A stretch of 64,000 nt of DNA from Patescibacteria group bacterium (GTDB lineage Bacteria > Patescibacteriota > Patescibacteriia > JAXHNJ01). Shown here piece after piece: positions 17,183-27,660 of the stretch. A model generated the notes under the pieces. The model was not told the origin of the DNA. It did not search any database and saw nothing but the letters and a program-made list of their open reading frames with translations. The DNA lies in assembly GCA_034520665.1 (NCBI GenBank), contig JAXHNJ010000001.1, forward strand, positions 258,579 to 322,578, read 5' to 3'. Numbering within the stretch: position 1 is the stretch's first letter; every line of letters starts with the position of its first letter. A program made the position numbers and the translations under genes.

Positions 17183-19918
17183 ATGCCAATATTACACAAA
17201 AAAAGAATAGGATTAGGGTTCACTATGTTAATTATAGTTTTTCTATTTATCTTACTTAGTCAGAGCTTATCTTTAATCAGTGACTGGCTTTGGTTTTCCT
17301 CGGAAGGCTTTTTCACGGTTTTTTCTACTATTATTAAAACCAAAGTCTGGTTGGGGATTGCCAGCGGGCTGATTTTCTTTAGTCTTTTGAGTTTGAATTT
17401 TTATATTGCTTATCGTTTAAGCCGGGATTCTTCTTATGTATCAAGGATTAATTTTTTTAGTAAATTTGACTTGAGTAAACTCGGTTTGCGTATTTTACTG
17501 GGCCTCTCTTTAATTATCAGTACATTTGTCGGTCTGGTAGTTTCTGCTAGCTGGCTAAGTGTTTTAAAATATTTTCAAGGGGTTAGCTTTAATATAACCG
17601 ATCCGATTTTTAGCCGTGATATTTCTTTTTATTTCTTTTCCTTGCCTTTTATTAAAATTATTTTAGGTTTTTTGTTTTGGCTGGTTATTCTTTCCTTGAT
17701 TGGCGCCGCCCTGCAATACATCAGCCGGGGCCTTTTGAATATAAGCCAAAAAAGTTTTACCGTGACTAAAAAAGCCAAGGCTCATTTAAGTTTTTTAATA
17801 TTTTTAATTTTTTCTTTGATAGCCGCTCGTATTTATTATGTTAGTATGACAGACCTTCTATATAAGTCGGCCGAGCTTTTTACGGGTGGTAGTTATACAG
17901 ATATCACGGCCAGACTGCCCTTGCTTTGGGTTTTGTTCGGTTTGTCTTTATTTTGTGGACTAGTGGTTTTGTTAAATATATTTTTCCGCTGGCGCCGGTT
18001 TACCACTACAGTTATAGTTTTATTTTTAGCGGTTGGTATTTTAGGGGGGATGATTTATCCGCCTTTGGTCCAGCGGCTGGTGGTTTTACCTAATGAAATA
18101 GCTAAGGAAGAGCCTTATATAAAAAGAAATATTGAGGCCACCCAAAAAGCTTTTGCTTTGGATCGGGTGGTGGAAAGAGATTTATCCGGCGACAGCCAAC
18201 TGACTTATGATGATATTAAAAATAATGAAATGGTAATTAAAAATATTCGCCTTTGGGAAAGAGAGCCCTTGCTTGATACTCTGGGCCAGGTTCAGGAGAT
18301 CAGAACTTATTATGACTTTGTTTCAGTGGATAATGATCGCTACACAATTGACGGTGAATATCGCCAGACTATGATTTCTCCGAGAGAGCTCAACTCAAAC
18401 AGCGTCCCTTCAGATACATTTATTAATCAGCGCTTAGCCTATACTCATGGCTATGGGGCTGCTTTAACTCCAGTCAATGAAGTAACCGAAGAAGGATTGC
18501 CCCAGTTGTTTGTAAAAGATATTCCGCCGCAATCAAGCGTTGATTCTCTAAAAATAAAAAGGCCAGAAGTTTATTTTGGTGAGTTGACCAATAGCTATGT
18601 GTTTGCTAATACTGAAGCTCAGGAATTTGACTATCCCAGCGGCGAGGAAAATGTTTATGCTGATTATCAGGGTGCCGGCGGAGTGAGAGTGGATTCATTT
18701 TGGAAAAAAGCTCTTTTTGCCGCTAATTTTCGTTCGCTAAAAATTCTTTTATCAGATGATATTAATCAGGAAAGCCGAGTGCTTTACCATCGTAATATCA
18801 AAGAAAGAGTAAAAAAAGTAGCTCCTTTTTTAATGCTTGATTCAGACCCTTATATTGTAATTGATGATGAGGGCCGCTTAAAATGGATTTATGACACTTA
18901 TACTCATTCAGATAATTATCCTTACGCTCAGATGATGAATGTTCGCCAAGAAGGAAGTAGTGATTTTCCGACTTATAATAGTTTTAATTATATTCGTAAC
19001 GCGGTGAAAGTAGTCATTGACGCCTACGACGGCTCGATGAAGTTTTATATTGCTGACGCCAAGGATCCTTTAATAAAAACCTATGAAAAAATATTTCCGC
19101 GTTTATTTAAATCCATGGATCAAATGCCCGAAGGCTTAAAAGCCCATCTGCGCTATCCTGAAGATATTTTCAAGTTTCAAACCGAGCTTTATTCCGTTTA
19201 TCATATGGAAGAGCCCCAAATATTTTATAATAAGGAAGATAAGTGGGAAATTCCGCGTCTGGGCCAAAGCAGTCCGGACGACCCGATGATGCGTCATATT
19301 ATCACTAAATTACCGGAAGAAGAAAAAGAAGAATTTATCTTAATGTTGCCCTTTACTCCCAAAAACAAAGACAATATGTCTTCCTGGATGGTCGCTCGCT
19401 CAGACGGTGATCATTATGGTGAATTGGTAGTTTACCGTTTTCCCAAGCAAAAGTTAGTTTTTGGGCCTTCGCAAATTGTTAACCGTATCAATCAGGATAC
19501 TGAGATTTCCCAGCAGATATCGCTTTGGGACCAGCGAGGATCCGAAGTGATTCAGGGTAACCTTTTAGTTATTCCCATTGAAGAGTCTATTCTTTATGTT
19601 CGTCCGCTTTATATTAGAGCGGCCGGCGGCCAGATTCCCGAGCTTAAGCAAGTGATTGTGGCTTATGAAAAAAAGATTGTCATGAACCAGAATTTATCCA
19701 CGGCTCTAAAAGAAATTTTTACCGGGGAAGCAGAGAGTGAGCCGGCTGTTTCCGAAAGTACCGCGGAAACTGAAGAAACCACTACTTCAAATGAAGAATT
19801 AATTAACCAGGCTAATCAATACTACAGGGCCGCCTTGGAAGCCCAGAAACAGGGCGACTGGACAGCTTATGGCCAGCAGATTGAAAAGCTGGGCCAGGTT
19901 TTGTCCGAATTGGAATAA
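17183..19918 (+). CDS. UPF0182 family large membrane protein
   Basis: About 910 aa. N-terminal cluster of about 7 TM helices followed by a large soluble domain. The conserved NIRLWE-type segment is recognised from memory, which is weak evidence. Confidence 0.5.
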   Translation: MPILHKKRIGLGFTMLIIVFLFILLSQSLSLISDWLWFSSEGFFTVFSTIIKTKVWLGIASGLIFFSLLSLNFYIAYRLSRDSSYVSRINFFSKFDLSKLGLRILLGLSLIISTFVGLVVSASWLSVLKYFQGVSFNITDPIFSRDISFYFFSLPFIKIILGFLFWLVILSLIGAALQYISRGLLNISQKSFTVTKKAKAHLSFLIFLIFSLIAARIYYVSMTDLLYKSAELFTGGSYTDITARLPLLWVLFGLSLFCGLVVLLNIFFRWRRFTTTVIVLFLAVGILGGMIYPPLVQRLVVLPNEIAKEEPYIKRNIEATQKAFALDRVVERDLSGDSQLTYDDIKNNEMVIKNIRLWEREPLLDTLGQVQEIRTYYDFVSVDNDRYTIDGEYRQTMISPRELNSNSVPSDTFINQRLAYTHGYGAALTPVNEVTEEGLPQLFVKDIPPQSSVDSLKIKRPEVYFGELTNSYVFANTEAQEFDYPSGEENVYADYQGAGGVRVDSFWKKALFAANFRSLKILLSDDINQESRVLYHRNIKERVKKVAPFLMLDSDPYIVIDDEGRLKWIYDTYTHSDNYPYAQMMNVRQEGSSDFPTYNSFNYIRNAVKVVIDAYDGSMKFYIADAKDPLIKTYEKIFPRLFKSMDQMPEGLKAHLRYPEDIFKFQTELYSVYHMEEPQIFYNKEDKWEIPRLGQSSPDDPMMRHIITKLPEEEKEEFILMLPFTPKNKDNMSSWMVARSDGDHYGELVVYRFPKQKLVFGPSQIVNRINQDTEISQQISLWDQRGSEVIQGNLLVIPIEESILYVRPLYIRAAGGQIPELKQVIVAYEKKIVMNQNLSTALKEIFTGEAESEPAVSESTAETEETTTSNEELINQANQYYRAALEAQKQGDWTAYGQQIEKLGQVLSELE

Positions 19919-20043
19919 CAAAATAATTTTAACTTGACTTAATTTTAAACTTGTATTAAGATATTAATACGGTGGCTTCCTCAAAAAAAGATTATTTCTT
20001 TTGAGGGAGTTTTTATTTTTGTGATAAATTAATAAATTATATT

Positions 20044-20766
20044 ATGATAAATAAGAAAAACAGACCGCCTATGTATAGTTACTGCGATTATCGTTGTGAA
20101 AAATGCTGGTATTCTTGGTATAAAAAATATTGTCCCATTTATAAAAAAGACAAAAAAAGGGTTATTAAACATAAATTAGGAGGGGAGGATCCTTATGATC
20201 TAAAAAACATTTTTAAGGATATAAAAGAAGATTTTAAAAAATCTAAAAATTTATTATACAAAAATGCTAAGAAATGGGAAATTAATTTAAATAAAAAAGA
20301 TACTGTTAAGCAAATTCCAAAACCGAATTCGAATCATTTAAAATTATATTATAAAACAAAGAAATATTTTAATTTGGTTCATAATTATTTTGAAGAATGG
20401 GAAGATAAAATTATTAAGCCAAAATTAGCAGAGGAAATCGGGAATATATCTTGTTACCATTCTTTAATAGCAGTAAAATTATTTCGGACTTTGAATAGTT
20501 TATGGGAATCTAGGTTTGAGAATGAAGGAGAAAATGAAATTAGTTTAAAAGATGCTTATTATTCCGGAGAGATTGTGTTGAGAGGGATAAATATTTCCAT
20601 TAATTCCTGGAAGGAGATTTATAAGGTAATTAAAGATGATAGAATTATTGAATTTCTAGGTAGATTAAAGGCAATTGAAAAAGAAATAAAAGATAAATTT
20701 AAAATTAAAAGGATTTTAAGTTGTGAAGAAATGTATTTATCTTTGGAAAAATATTTTAATCATTAA
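20044..20766 (+). CDS. hypothetical Lys-rich protein with N-terminal Cys cluster C-x3-C-x2-C-x8-C
   Basis: YCDYRCEKCWYSWYKKYC, then KLGGEDP. Very AT-rich. First gene of a 3-gene unit with overlapping ends. Confidence 0.4.
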   Translation: MINKKNRPPMYSYCDYRCEKCWYSWYKKYCPIYKKDKKRVIKHKLGGEDPYDLKNIFKDIKEDFKKSKNLLYKNAKKWEINLNKKDTVKQIPKPNSNHLKLYYKTKKYFNLVHNYFEEWEDKIIKPKLAEEIGNISCYHSLIAVKLFRTLNSLWESRFENEGENEISLKDAYYSGEIVLRGINISINSWKEIYKVIKDDRIIEFLGRLKAIEKEIKDKFKIKRILSCEEMYLSLEKYFNH

Positions 20767-20776
20767 TTTGAAACTT

Positions 20777-21013
20777 ATGAAAAAATCAAAAAAAATTGAA
20801 AAAGATAAAGCAAATCACCATGATGGATATTTTGATGATTGTTCCATTTGCCAGGCCATGAAAAAAGCAGGGATAAAAATGAGAGATATTTCTGATGATG
20901 ATTTTTATGCTACTGAAGTAAAACCTGAAAATTTAAAGGAAATTAAAAAAGCTTTTAAAAAAGCTCAAGATAAAGGGGCTATAGTAGGGGGTGAGTGGTT
21001 TGAAGAAAAATAA
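20777..21013 (+). CDS. hypothetical small protein (78 aa) with CxxC
   Basis: Internal ATG at 20777 avoids overlap with the upstream gene. DDCSICQ motif. Confidence 0.35.
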   Translation: MKKSKKIEKDKANHHDGYFDDCSICQAMKKAGIKMRDISDDDFYATEVKPENLKEIKKAFKKAQDKGAIVGGEWFEEK

Positions 21014-21317
21014 TAAAATAAAAATTAATTGGTTGACTCGACTGTCGTTAAAATTTTGGCCAATGATGTGGATGAAGAGATTGGTACGCAAAGAAGGAAT
21101 TAACTCAGAGTATTTTGAAAAAGCTCATAACCTTTTTTCAAAAGTTGAACGCATTGACTTTTTTCCTCTTTCTTCCGGTTTAAGAGGTTTTATAATTGTT
21201 ATGAATCAAAGGACAGCCCTTTACTTTTATCAGGAAGATGATCATTTTATTTATGACGGCTATGAAGTAGGCCCTTATGAAAAAGGGAAAGTCACGATTT
21301 TTGATAAAATTAAGTAG
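20991..21317 (+). CDS. hypothetical protein (108 aa)
   Basis: Overlaps the upstream stop codon; no motif recognised. Confidence 0.35.
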   Translation: MSGLKKNNKIKINWLTRLSLKFWPMMWMKRLVRKEGINSEYFEKAHNLFSKVERIDFFPLSSGLRGFIIVMNQRTALYFYQEDDHFIYDGYEVGPYEKGKVTIFDKIK

Positions 21318-21421
21318 TTATATAATTCTTATTTTATATTAAAAATCTGCTTATATTTTTATTGACTTATTTTTTAATTTATTTTATGCTAATATCAGTA
21401 TTAATTCAGTAAATTAGCAAT

Positions 21422-22018
21422 ATGGCTAAATTAATGAATTGGCCTTATTTTAGTCAAAAATTAGACCAAAAAAAGATAAAAATATTCTCTCCCTTTGATT
21501 TAAAACGGTTATTTGGCGTGTCTGAAACCTCAATCAGATTTTTTTTGCATCGCTACACAAAAAAAGGCTATATAAAAAAATTAAAAAGGGGTTTGTATTG
21601 TTTGTCTAATCAACCGCCTAATGATTATTACTTAGCTAATAAACTATATGAACCTTCTTATATTTCTTTTGAGCAGGCTTTAAGCTATTATCATATAATA
21701 CCAGAAACTGTTTATACCATTACGTCAGCCACAAGTAAAGCAACAAGGGAATTTGAATGTTTAGGTAAAAGTTTTTATTATCATCGAGTAAAAAAATCAT
21801 TATTTTTTGGTTATAAACAGAAAATATTTTCTAACCAGATAATTTTAATGGCAAGAGCCGAAAAAGCTTTTGTGGACTATTTATATTTTGTTTCACTCAA
21901 AAAGAAAAAAATGCTGGATCGTTTTGACAAAAATAAAATTAATAAAGATAAAGTAATGAAGTTAGCTAGAGTTTATAAAAATAAAAAAATCAAAGAATTA
22001 ATTATTAAATATTTATGA
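21422..22018 (+). CDS. AbiEi-like antitoxin/transcriptional regulator (type IV toxin-antitoxin, COG5340-like)
   Basis: N-terminal winged-helix-like segment (FSPFDLKRLFGVSETSIRFFLHRYTKKGYIKKLKRGLY). Stop overlaps the start of the downstream nucleotidyltransferase (ATGA). Confidence 0.55.
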   Translation: MAKLMNWPYFSQKLDQKKIKIFSPFDLKRLFGVSETSIRFFLHRYTKKGYIKKLKRGLYCLSNQPPNDYYLANKLYEPSYISFEQALSYYHIIPETVYTITSATSKATREFECLGKSFYYHRVKKSLFFGYKQKIFSNQIILMARAEKAFVDYLYFVSLKKKKMLDRFDKNKINKDKVMKLARVYKNKKIKELIIKYL

Positions 22019-22743
22019 TAGATTATTCTAGTCTTCAGAATTTAGCCACCGAATACAAAACTACTAATCAAAATGCAGCTAGAGAATATTGCCAGCATAT
22101 TTTTTTGTCGAATCTTTATAAATTAAACTTAAGTGGGGTAGAGAATTTATTATTTAAAGGTGGCACAGCCTTGAAAATAGTCTATCAAAGTCCTAGATTT
22201 TCTGAAGATCTTGATTTCTCCTCATTTAGTTTGGATAAAAAAAATATTGAAGAAATATTTATTAATGTATTAGCGGAAATTGAGAAAAGCGGTTTTCAAA
22301 CAAAATTAACTGAAGCTAAAAAAACTAGCGGTGGATATTTAGGCAAGGCGTTTTTTTTATTTCTGGATTTTAATTTGGAAATAATGATTCAAGTACATTT
22401 TAAAAAGGAAGAAAAAATTAATGGTGATTTTCATCTAATTACCAGCGATTATTTACCAGCCTATAATTTATTAGTTTTACCCGAGAATATTTTGGTTAAT
22501 GAAAAAATAAAAGCAACCATTACACGCGGAAAACCCAGAGATTTTTATGACGTTTATTTTATCTTAAGAAAAAATTTATTAATTCCTGAAAATAAAGAAA
22601 ACCTTAAAAAGGTCTTGAACAGTTTAGAAAATTCCAAAATTAATTTTAAACAAGAATTAGGAATTTTTTTACCCAAGGATCAGCAGCAGATTATTGGTAA
22701 TTTTGAAAATGTTTTAAAAGCTGAAATAAAAAGACATTTGTAA
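22015..22743 (+). CDS. AbiEii/AbiGii family nucleotidyltransferase toxin (DUF1814)
   Basis: FKGGTALKIVYQSPRFSEDLDFS signature (GG[TS]AL ... RFSEDIDF). Confidence 0.7.
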   Translation: MIDYSSLQNLATEYKTTNQNAAREYCQHIFLSNLYKLNLSGVENLLFKGGTALKIVYQSPRFSEDLDFSSFSLDKKNIEEIFINVLAEIEKSGFQTKLTEAKKTSGGYLGKAFFLFLDFNLEIMIQVHFKKEEKINGDFHLITSDYLPAYNLLVLPENILVNEKIKATITRGKPRDFYDVYFILRKNLLIPENKENLKKVLNSLENSKINFKQELGIFLPKDQQQIIGNFENVLKAEIKRHL

Positions 22744-22897
22744 ATTTTATTTTTCTAATATTTTAAAAACTAGATAATATTTAGTGGAATTAAAGCGTTT
22801 GAAGATAGGCAAGGTTTTTTTAGGAGGGGCAAAGGTTTTAGGTAAGGCTTGGAAATGACTTCTCGTCATTTTGAGGTATTTTTGTTATAATATATTT

Positions 22898-24772
22898 ATG
22901 AAAAAATACTTATTATTGTCAGTTTTAATACTTTCATTTTTAATACCAGGTGGGGCTGGCCAGGCTCAGGAAAAGTCCTGGTTTTTTAATAAATGGGATG
23001 TCGGCATTCAAGTTAATCAGGACGCCAGTATTATGGTTCAGGAGGGTTTAACTTATAATTTTACCGGTGATTTTTCCTATATAAAAAGAAGATTACCTAA
23101 AACCAAAGGCATAAAATATGATAATATCAGTGTTTTAGAAACTGATGGCAGCCGTTTATCTGAAGACAAAGTAGAGATTGAAGAAACCTCTTCGGAGGTA
23201 ATTGTTACGGTACATTTTAATTTATCAAACACTACTCACACCTGGATTTTTGAATACACAGCTTATGGCGCGATTGGTTTTTTTGAAGATTATGATGAGC
23301 TTTACTGGAATGTAGTGGCTTTTGATCGGGAAGTGGAAATTAAAAAATCTCAAGCCACAGTTTATTTACCCCAGGAAATTGATCCTGATAATATTAAACA
23401 AAAAATTTATGTTGGGCGGTCTGATTCTAAGGAGGAAACACTGGATTACACGGCTGGTAGTAGGGAAATTAATTTTTTTGCCACTGATATTGCTCCTTAT
23501 GAAAATTTTACTATAGTTTTGGGCTGGCCTAAAAATATAGTAAAATATCCCGGTTATCTTAATATTACTTCCGAGCCAGAAAGCTCTAATATTTATATAG
23601 ACGGCCAGGCCTTGGCCAATAAAACGCCAGCTAATTTATTAATTGGCTATGATATTAATGCCGGTGAAAAGGATATTGCCGTAAAAAAATTCGGTCATAC
23701 CACAGCTAGCCAAAAAGTGAATATTGAAAAAGGAAAGGATAAAAAATTAGATTTTAATTTGGAAGCTAAAGCCTGGTATTTTTATGGCAAAAAAGCCTTT
23801 TATTTTTTAATGTATTTATATTTTGCTTCACCGGTTTTTGTCGGCCTTTACCTTTATCTTAAATGGAAAAAACATGGTAAAGATCCCAAAAGCAAAGGCA
23901 CGGTCATAGCCCAGTATGAGCCGCCGGACCATACCAGGCCGGCTGAGATGGGCACTTTAATTGATGAAAAAGCGGATTTGCATGATATTACCGCTACTAT
24001 CATTGACCTGGCCTTTCAGGGCTATATTCGTATTCACGAGGAAGAGGACAAATCACTATTTGGTAAAAAAACTGATTATACTTTTGAAAAAAGAAAAGAC
24101 TTTTTTGGCGATCAGACTCTTAAAGAATATGAACGCATGATTTTATCAAATTTATTTGGCTCAAAAAAAGAAGTTAAGTTGTCTGATTTAAAAAACAAAT
24201 TTTATAAAATGCTCAAAAAAATAAAATCTTCTCTTTATAAAGATGTCACGGCTTTGGGCTATTTTGAGAGAAATCCGGAAACAGTACGGCATAAATATCT
24301 GGTGGTTGGGGTGGTTTTTGTGGCCGCCGGCTGGATTTTATTTTTAGTGCCGGCAATTTGGGGTATACTGATAATTATTTTTGGCTTGGTTATGCCTAAG
24401 AAAACTAAAAAAGGCGTCCAGGCCAAGTGGCACGCTGATGGTTTTAAAAAGTATTTACACACAGCTGAAAGATTTCGCTTGGGCCAATTAACCCCAGAGA
24501 CTTTTGAAAAATATTTATCCTACGCCATGGTCTTTAAAGTAGAAAAGCAGTGGGCCCAGCGCTTTAAAGATATCTATAATCAGCCGCCGGATTGGTATGT
24601 TGGCCGTGGTGGAATAGAAGCTTTTGCGGTCACTAGTTTTGCCGCTAACCTTTCGGACAGTTTTAATTCAGTGGTGGCCAGTAATTTATCTTCTTCACCT
24701 TCTTCATCCTCTGGTTTTTCCGGCGGTTCGGCTGGCGGCGGCGGCGGTGGCGGCGGTGCCAGTGCTGGTTAG
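22898..24772 (+). CDS. DUF2207-like membrane protein with Gly-rich C-terminal tail
   Basis: Signal peptide, large extracytoplasmic domain, TM pairs, and the YEPPDHTRPAEMGTLIDEKADLHDITATIIDLAFQGYIRI segment. Ends GGSAGGGGGGGGASAG. Confidence 0.55.
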   Translation: MKKYLLLSVLILSFLIPGGAGQAQEKSWFFNKWDVGIQVNQDASIMVQEGLTYNFTGDFSYIKRRLPKTKGIKYDNISVLETDGSRLSEDKVEIEETSSEVIVTVHFNLSNTTHTWIFEYTAYGAIGFFEDYDELYWNVVAFDREVEIKKSQATVYLPQEIDPDNIKQKIYVGRSDSKEETLDYTAGSREINFFATDIAPYENFTIVLGWPKNIVKYPGYLNITSEPESSNIYIDGQALANKTPANLLIGYDINAGEKDIAVKKFGHTTASQKVNIEKGKDKKLDFNLEAKAWYFYGKKAFYFLMYLYFASPVFVGLYLYLKWKKHGKDPKSKGTVIAQYEPPDHTRPAEMGTLIDEKADLHDITATIIDLAFQGYIRIHEEEDKSLFGKKTDYTFEKRKDFFGDQTLKEYERMILSNLFGSKKEVKLSDLKNKFYKMLKKIKSSLYKDVTALGYFERNPETVRHKYLVVGVVFVAAGWILFLVPAIWGILIIIFGLVMPKKTKKGVQAKWHADGFKKYLHTAERFRLGQLTPETFEKYLSYAMVFKVEKQWAQRFKDIYNQPPDWYVGRGGIEAFAVTSFAANLSDSFNSVVASNLSSSPSSSSGFSGGSAGGGGGGGGASAG

Positions 24773-25394
24773 TTTTTTACAAATAAAAAAATCCCCGGCC
24801 CAAATAAACGAGGATTTACACGGTATTCTGCATATAGTAACAAATGGGGACTTTGATGTTCTTGATTTTAGGGGCCCCTAAAATATAGCAAGTGTGTACA
24901 GAATTTTGGTGTAATCTCGAATATTCGAGCCAGGTGATAGAAAAATGAACTATTTGTTATTTAGATATAATAAAACATTGAATTTTATTTGTCAAATATA
25001 TTATAAATTTTAACTAAAATTAGCTAAAAAAAATTATGGAAATGACAACTGGAAAATTTTTAATGATTGTTGTGGCTGCTCTTATTTTAGGAGTAGTTTA
25101 CTTAGGGGTTAAACAAAAGATGTTTTAACTTGGTTATTTTTTATTAAAAAAAAGTCTCCTCTCAAAAGACCCCTTATAAATAGGTTAAACTTTACATTAG
25201 CCCGCGTCGATGTATGCCTTTGGCCATAAATCCAGGATGTAAAGTTTTAAAGCCCATTTTAGAGATTTTGTGAGGAGACGTAAACTTAAAGAACTTGAAT
25301 TTTGAATACTATCATCGGTTTAAATTCTTGTCAAGTTTAAGTGGCACTTAATAATTTTTACTAATTAAGATTATACTAATATTAGCTTAAAAAA

Positions 25395-26093
25395 ATGTCA
25401 TTTTATTCATATTTAGCCTTTTTTGTCTGGTTTTTTATTTTAGTGGTTTTAAGTTTTCTTAATTCCTGGGTTTGGGCTAAAGTATTGCCAGGGTTGAAAT
25501 TCCGTTATTTTATAGCGCCGGGAGTGATGGTGCATGAGTTATCCCATGCCGTGATGTGCTTATTTATGTTAGCGCCGGTGAGAAAAATCAGTTTTTTCTC
25601 CCGCCAGGGCGGTTATGTCGAGCATGGACGCTCTCGTTTTGGTTTTTTAGGTAATACCTTAATTTCCATAGCCCCAATTTTTGGTATTAGCCTCGGTCTT
25701 TGGCTGATTATTTATTTATTTAATTTTTCTCTGGATATTAACTCAATCGATTTTGGCCTTGGGTTTAGTGATAATTTATGGGTACTTTTTAAAAGTGCCT
25801 GGCAGTTAATTAAAACAAACTGGTCAAGCTGGCCTTTCTGGATCTTTATTTATCTGGTTATTTCTTTAACCAGCAGCCTGGCGCCGTCCAAAAAAGATTT
25901 TCAAAACGCCTTTTGGGGCCTGGTTTTTATTTCTATTTTAGCTTATTTAGTTTTTTATCTCGGCCTTGGTAGCCATTATCTAGTGGATTTAATCGGCCAG
26001 TATTTAGGCTATGTCATTTCACTGGGAGTATTTTGGGGCTTAATTTCTTTAATCATTGGTTTGCCGGTTTATCTGATAAAAAAGGTATTATAA
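25395..26093 (+). CDS. polytopic membrane protein with intramembrane HExxH (possible metalloprotease-like)
   Basis: VMVHELSHAVM lies within a hydrophobic segment. Confidence 0.3.
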   Translation: MSFYSYLAFFVWFFILVVLSFLNSWVWAKVLPGLKFRYFIAPGVMVHELSHAVMCLFMLAPVRKISFFSRQGGYVEHGRSRFGFLGNTLISIAPIFGISLGLWLIIYLFNFSLDINSIDFGLGFSDNLWVLFKSAWQLIKTNWSSWPFWIFIYLVISLTSSLAPSKKDFQNAFWGLVFISILAYLVFYLGLGSHYLVDLIGQYLGYVISLGVFWGLISLIIGLPVYLIKKVL

Positions 26094-26129
26094 TTTAATA
26101 AATTAATTATAATATGTTATAATATAGGT

Positions 26130-27650
26130 ATGAATAAAAAAATAGCTATTATCTCTATTAGCGTTTTAATTATCTTGGTCGGCCTGATTATGGGCGGACT
26201 TTTTATTTTTCGGGGCAAAAATATACCGGTTTTAGGCCGAGTAGTGACTATTCCTTTGGTGGAAAAAGCCTCGGCTCAAGTGATGGATCAGATGATTAAT
26301 AAAATGAAGTCTATTGAATCCGGCTATCTAGCCTGGCAAATGGGGCTGAATATGAAAGCGGCTGAAGAGGACGACTCGTCGGCTGATAACGAAAATATTG
26401 GTCTTAAGCTGGGTTCAACTCCTTCAGATGTTGTATTAAATCTTAACCTTGGCTTTGACTTTCAGGGTGGGCAGGAAGTCCTAGCCCAAAAAGGACGCTT
26501 TGATTTAAAGGGCGGCTTAAACTATAATGGCATGGATTATAAGCTTGGCTTTGAAAGTATTTATCGGCCGGATAAAATTTATTTTCAGGCTACCCAGATT
26601 CCAGCCATTCCATTTTTTGATTTATCCAGTTTAGCTAATCAGTGGTATTATGAAGATTATGAGGATTTATCGGATGATGTGCCTTATGTAGATAATATTG
26701 ATGAAGTCAATCAAGTGGTTAACGATTTTAAGGATTCACTGGATAAACATAATTTTATTGAAGTTAAAAAAAGAATGGCTGATGAAAAAATTGATGATGT
26801 ACCTTGTTTTCATTATTTAGTTAATATTGACCCGGAAAAGCTAAAACTTTTTATAACCGAATCGGAAGATTTACTGAATAATCTTAACGAAAATGTAAAC
26901 TCACAGGCATTATTTGATGAAATGGATGAAACTATTAATAAATATACAGACATGATTAATCAAAAGGGGATTGAGGTTTGGATTGGCCAAAATGATATGA
27001 TGATGAGAAAAATAGCCGTTGATATAAGATATCAGGAGAAAGAAGCTTTAGCCAGTTATCAATATGCGGACATAAATATGAGTTTAACTTTGTCTAATGT
27101 TAACCAGCCAATTTCAGTTACTATACCCGAAGGAGCCAAACCCTTGGAAGAGTTAGAAAAGGCAGTTAATGACATGACTGGTATTTTTAATTCTAATACT
27201 TCATTGCCCAGTACTAGCCTTAATTTAAACTCAAACACAAATTCTTCTTATAATTTTAACTCTAATATTTCTCTTAATGAAAATTTGAATAATAATTTAA
27301 ACCAAAATACAAATACGAATATTAATATTAATACTAATTTAAATCTTAACCAGGACAGTGATAACGACGGCCTGACCGATATGGAGGAAATTATTTACGG
27401 CACTGACTCAAATGATCCGGACACTGACGGTGACGGCTATCAGGACGGAGCCGAAGTTGATTTAGGCTATGATCCCAACGGAGCCGGAAAACTGGATACA
27501 GATGCGGATGGGCTTTTGGACAATGAAGAGGAAATTTACGGTACTGATAAAAATAATAAAGACACAGATGGTGACGGCTATCTAGACGGAGAAGAGGTTT
27601 TGAATGGTTTTAACCCCAAAGGCGAGGGTAAGCTTTTAACTATTAATTAA
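26130..27650 (+). CDS. secreted protein with Asn-rich low-complexity linker and four thrombospondin-type-3-like Ca-binding repeats
   Basis: N-terminal signal anchor. Repeats DSDNDGLTDMEE, DTDGDGYQDGAEV, DTDADGLLDNEEE, DTDGDGYLDGEEV. Confidence 0.5.
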   Translation: MNKKIAIISISVLIILVGLIMGGLFIFRGKNIPVLGRVVTIPLVEKASAQVMDQMINKMKSIESGYLAWQMGLNMKAAEEDDSSADNENIGLKLGSTPSDVVLNLNLGFDFQGGQEVLAQKGRFDLKGGLNYNGMDYKLGFESIYRPDKIYFQATQIPAIPFFDLSSLANQWYYEDYEDLSDDVPYVDNIDEVNQVVNDFKDSLDKHNFIEVKKRMADEKIDDVPCFHYLVNIDPEKLKLFITESEDLLNNLNENVNSQALFDEMDETINKYTDMINQKGIEVWIGQNDMMMRKIAVDIRYQEKEALASYQYADINMSLTLSNVNQPISVTIPEGAKPLEELEKAVNDMTGIFNSNTSLPSTSLNLNSNTNSSYNFNSNISLNENLNNNLNQNTNTNININTNLNLNQDSDNDGLTDMEEIIYGTDSNDPDTDGDGYQDGAEVDLGYDPNGAGKLDTDADGLLDNEEEIYGTDKNNKDTDGDGYLDGEEVLNGFNPKGEGKLLTIN

Positions 27651-27660
27651 TAATAAGATT

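Noticed and set aside
24700-24772. Gly-codon repeat (GGCGGCGGCGGTGGCGGCGGT) as a possible slipped-strand phase-variation tract
   Set aside because: It encodes the characteristic poly-Gly C-terminal tail of the DUF2207-like protein, and the codons are mixed (GGC/GGT), not a pure homopolymeric repeat.
27180-27360. Asn-rich repetitive DNA (AAT/AAC runs), considered as a possible microsatellite or phase-variation tract
   Set aside because: It is in-frame low-complexity coding sequence (N/S/L-rich linker) of the secreted TSP3-repeat protein, not an intergenic simple repeat.
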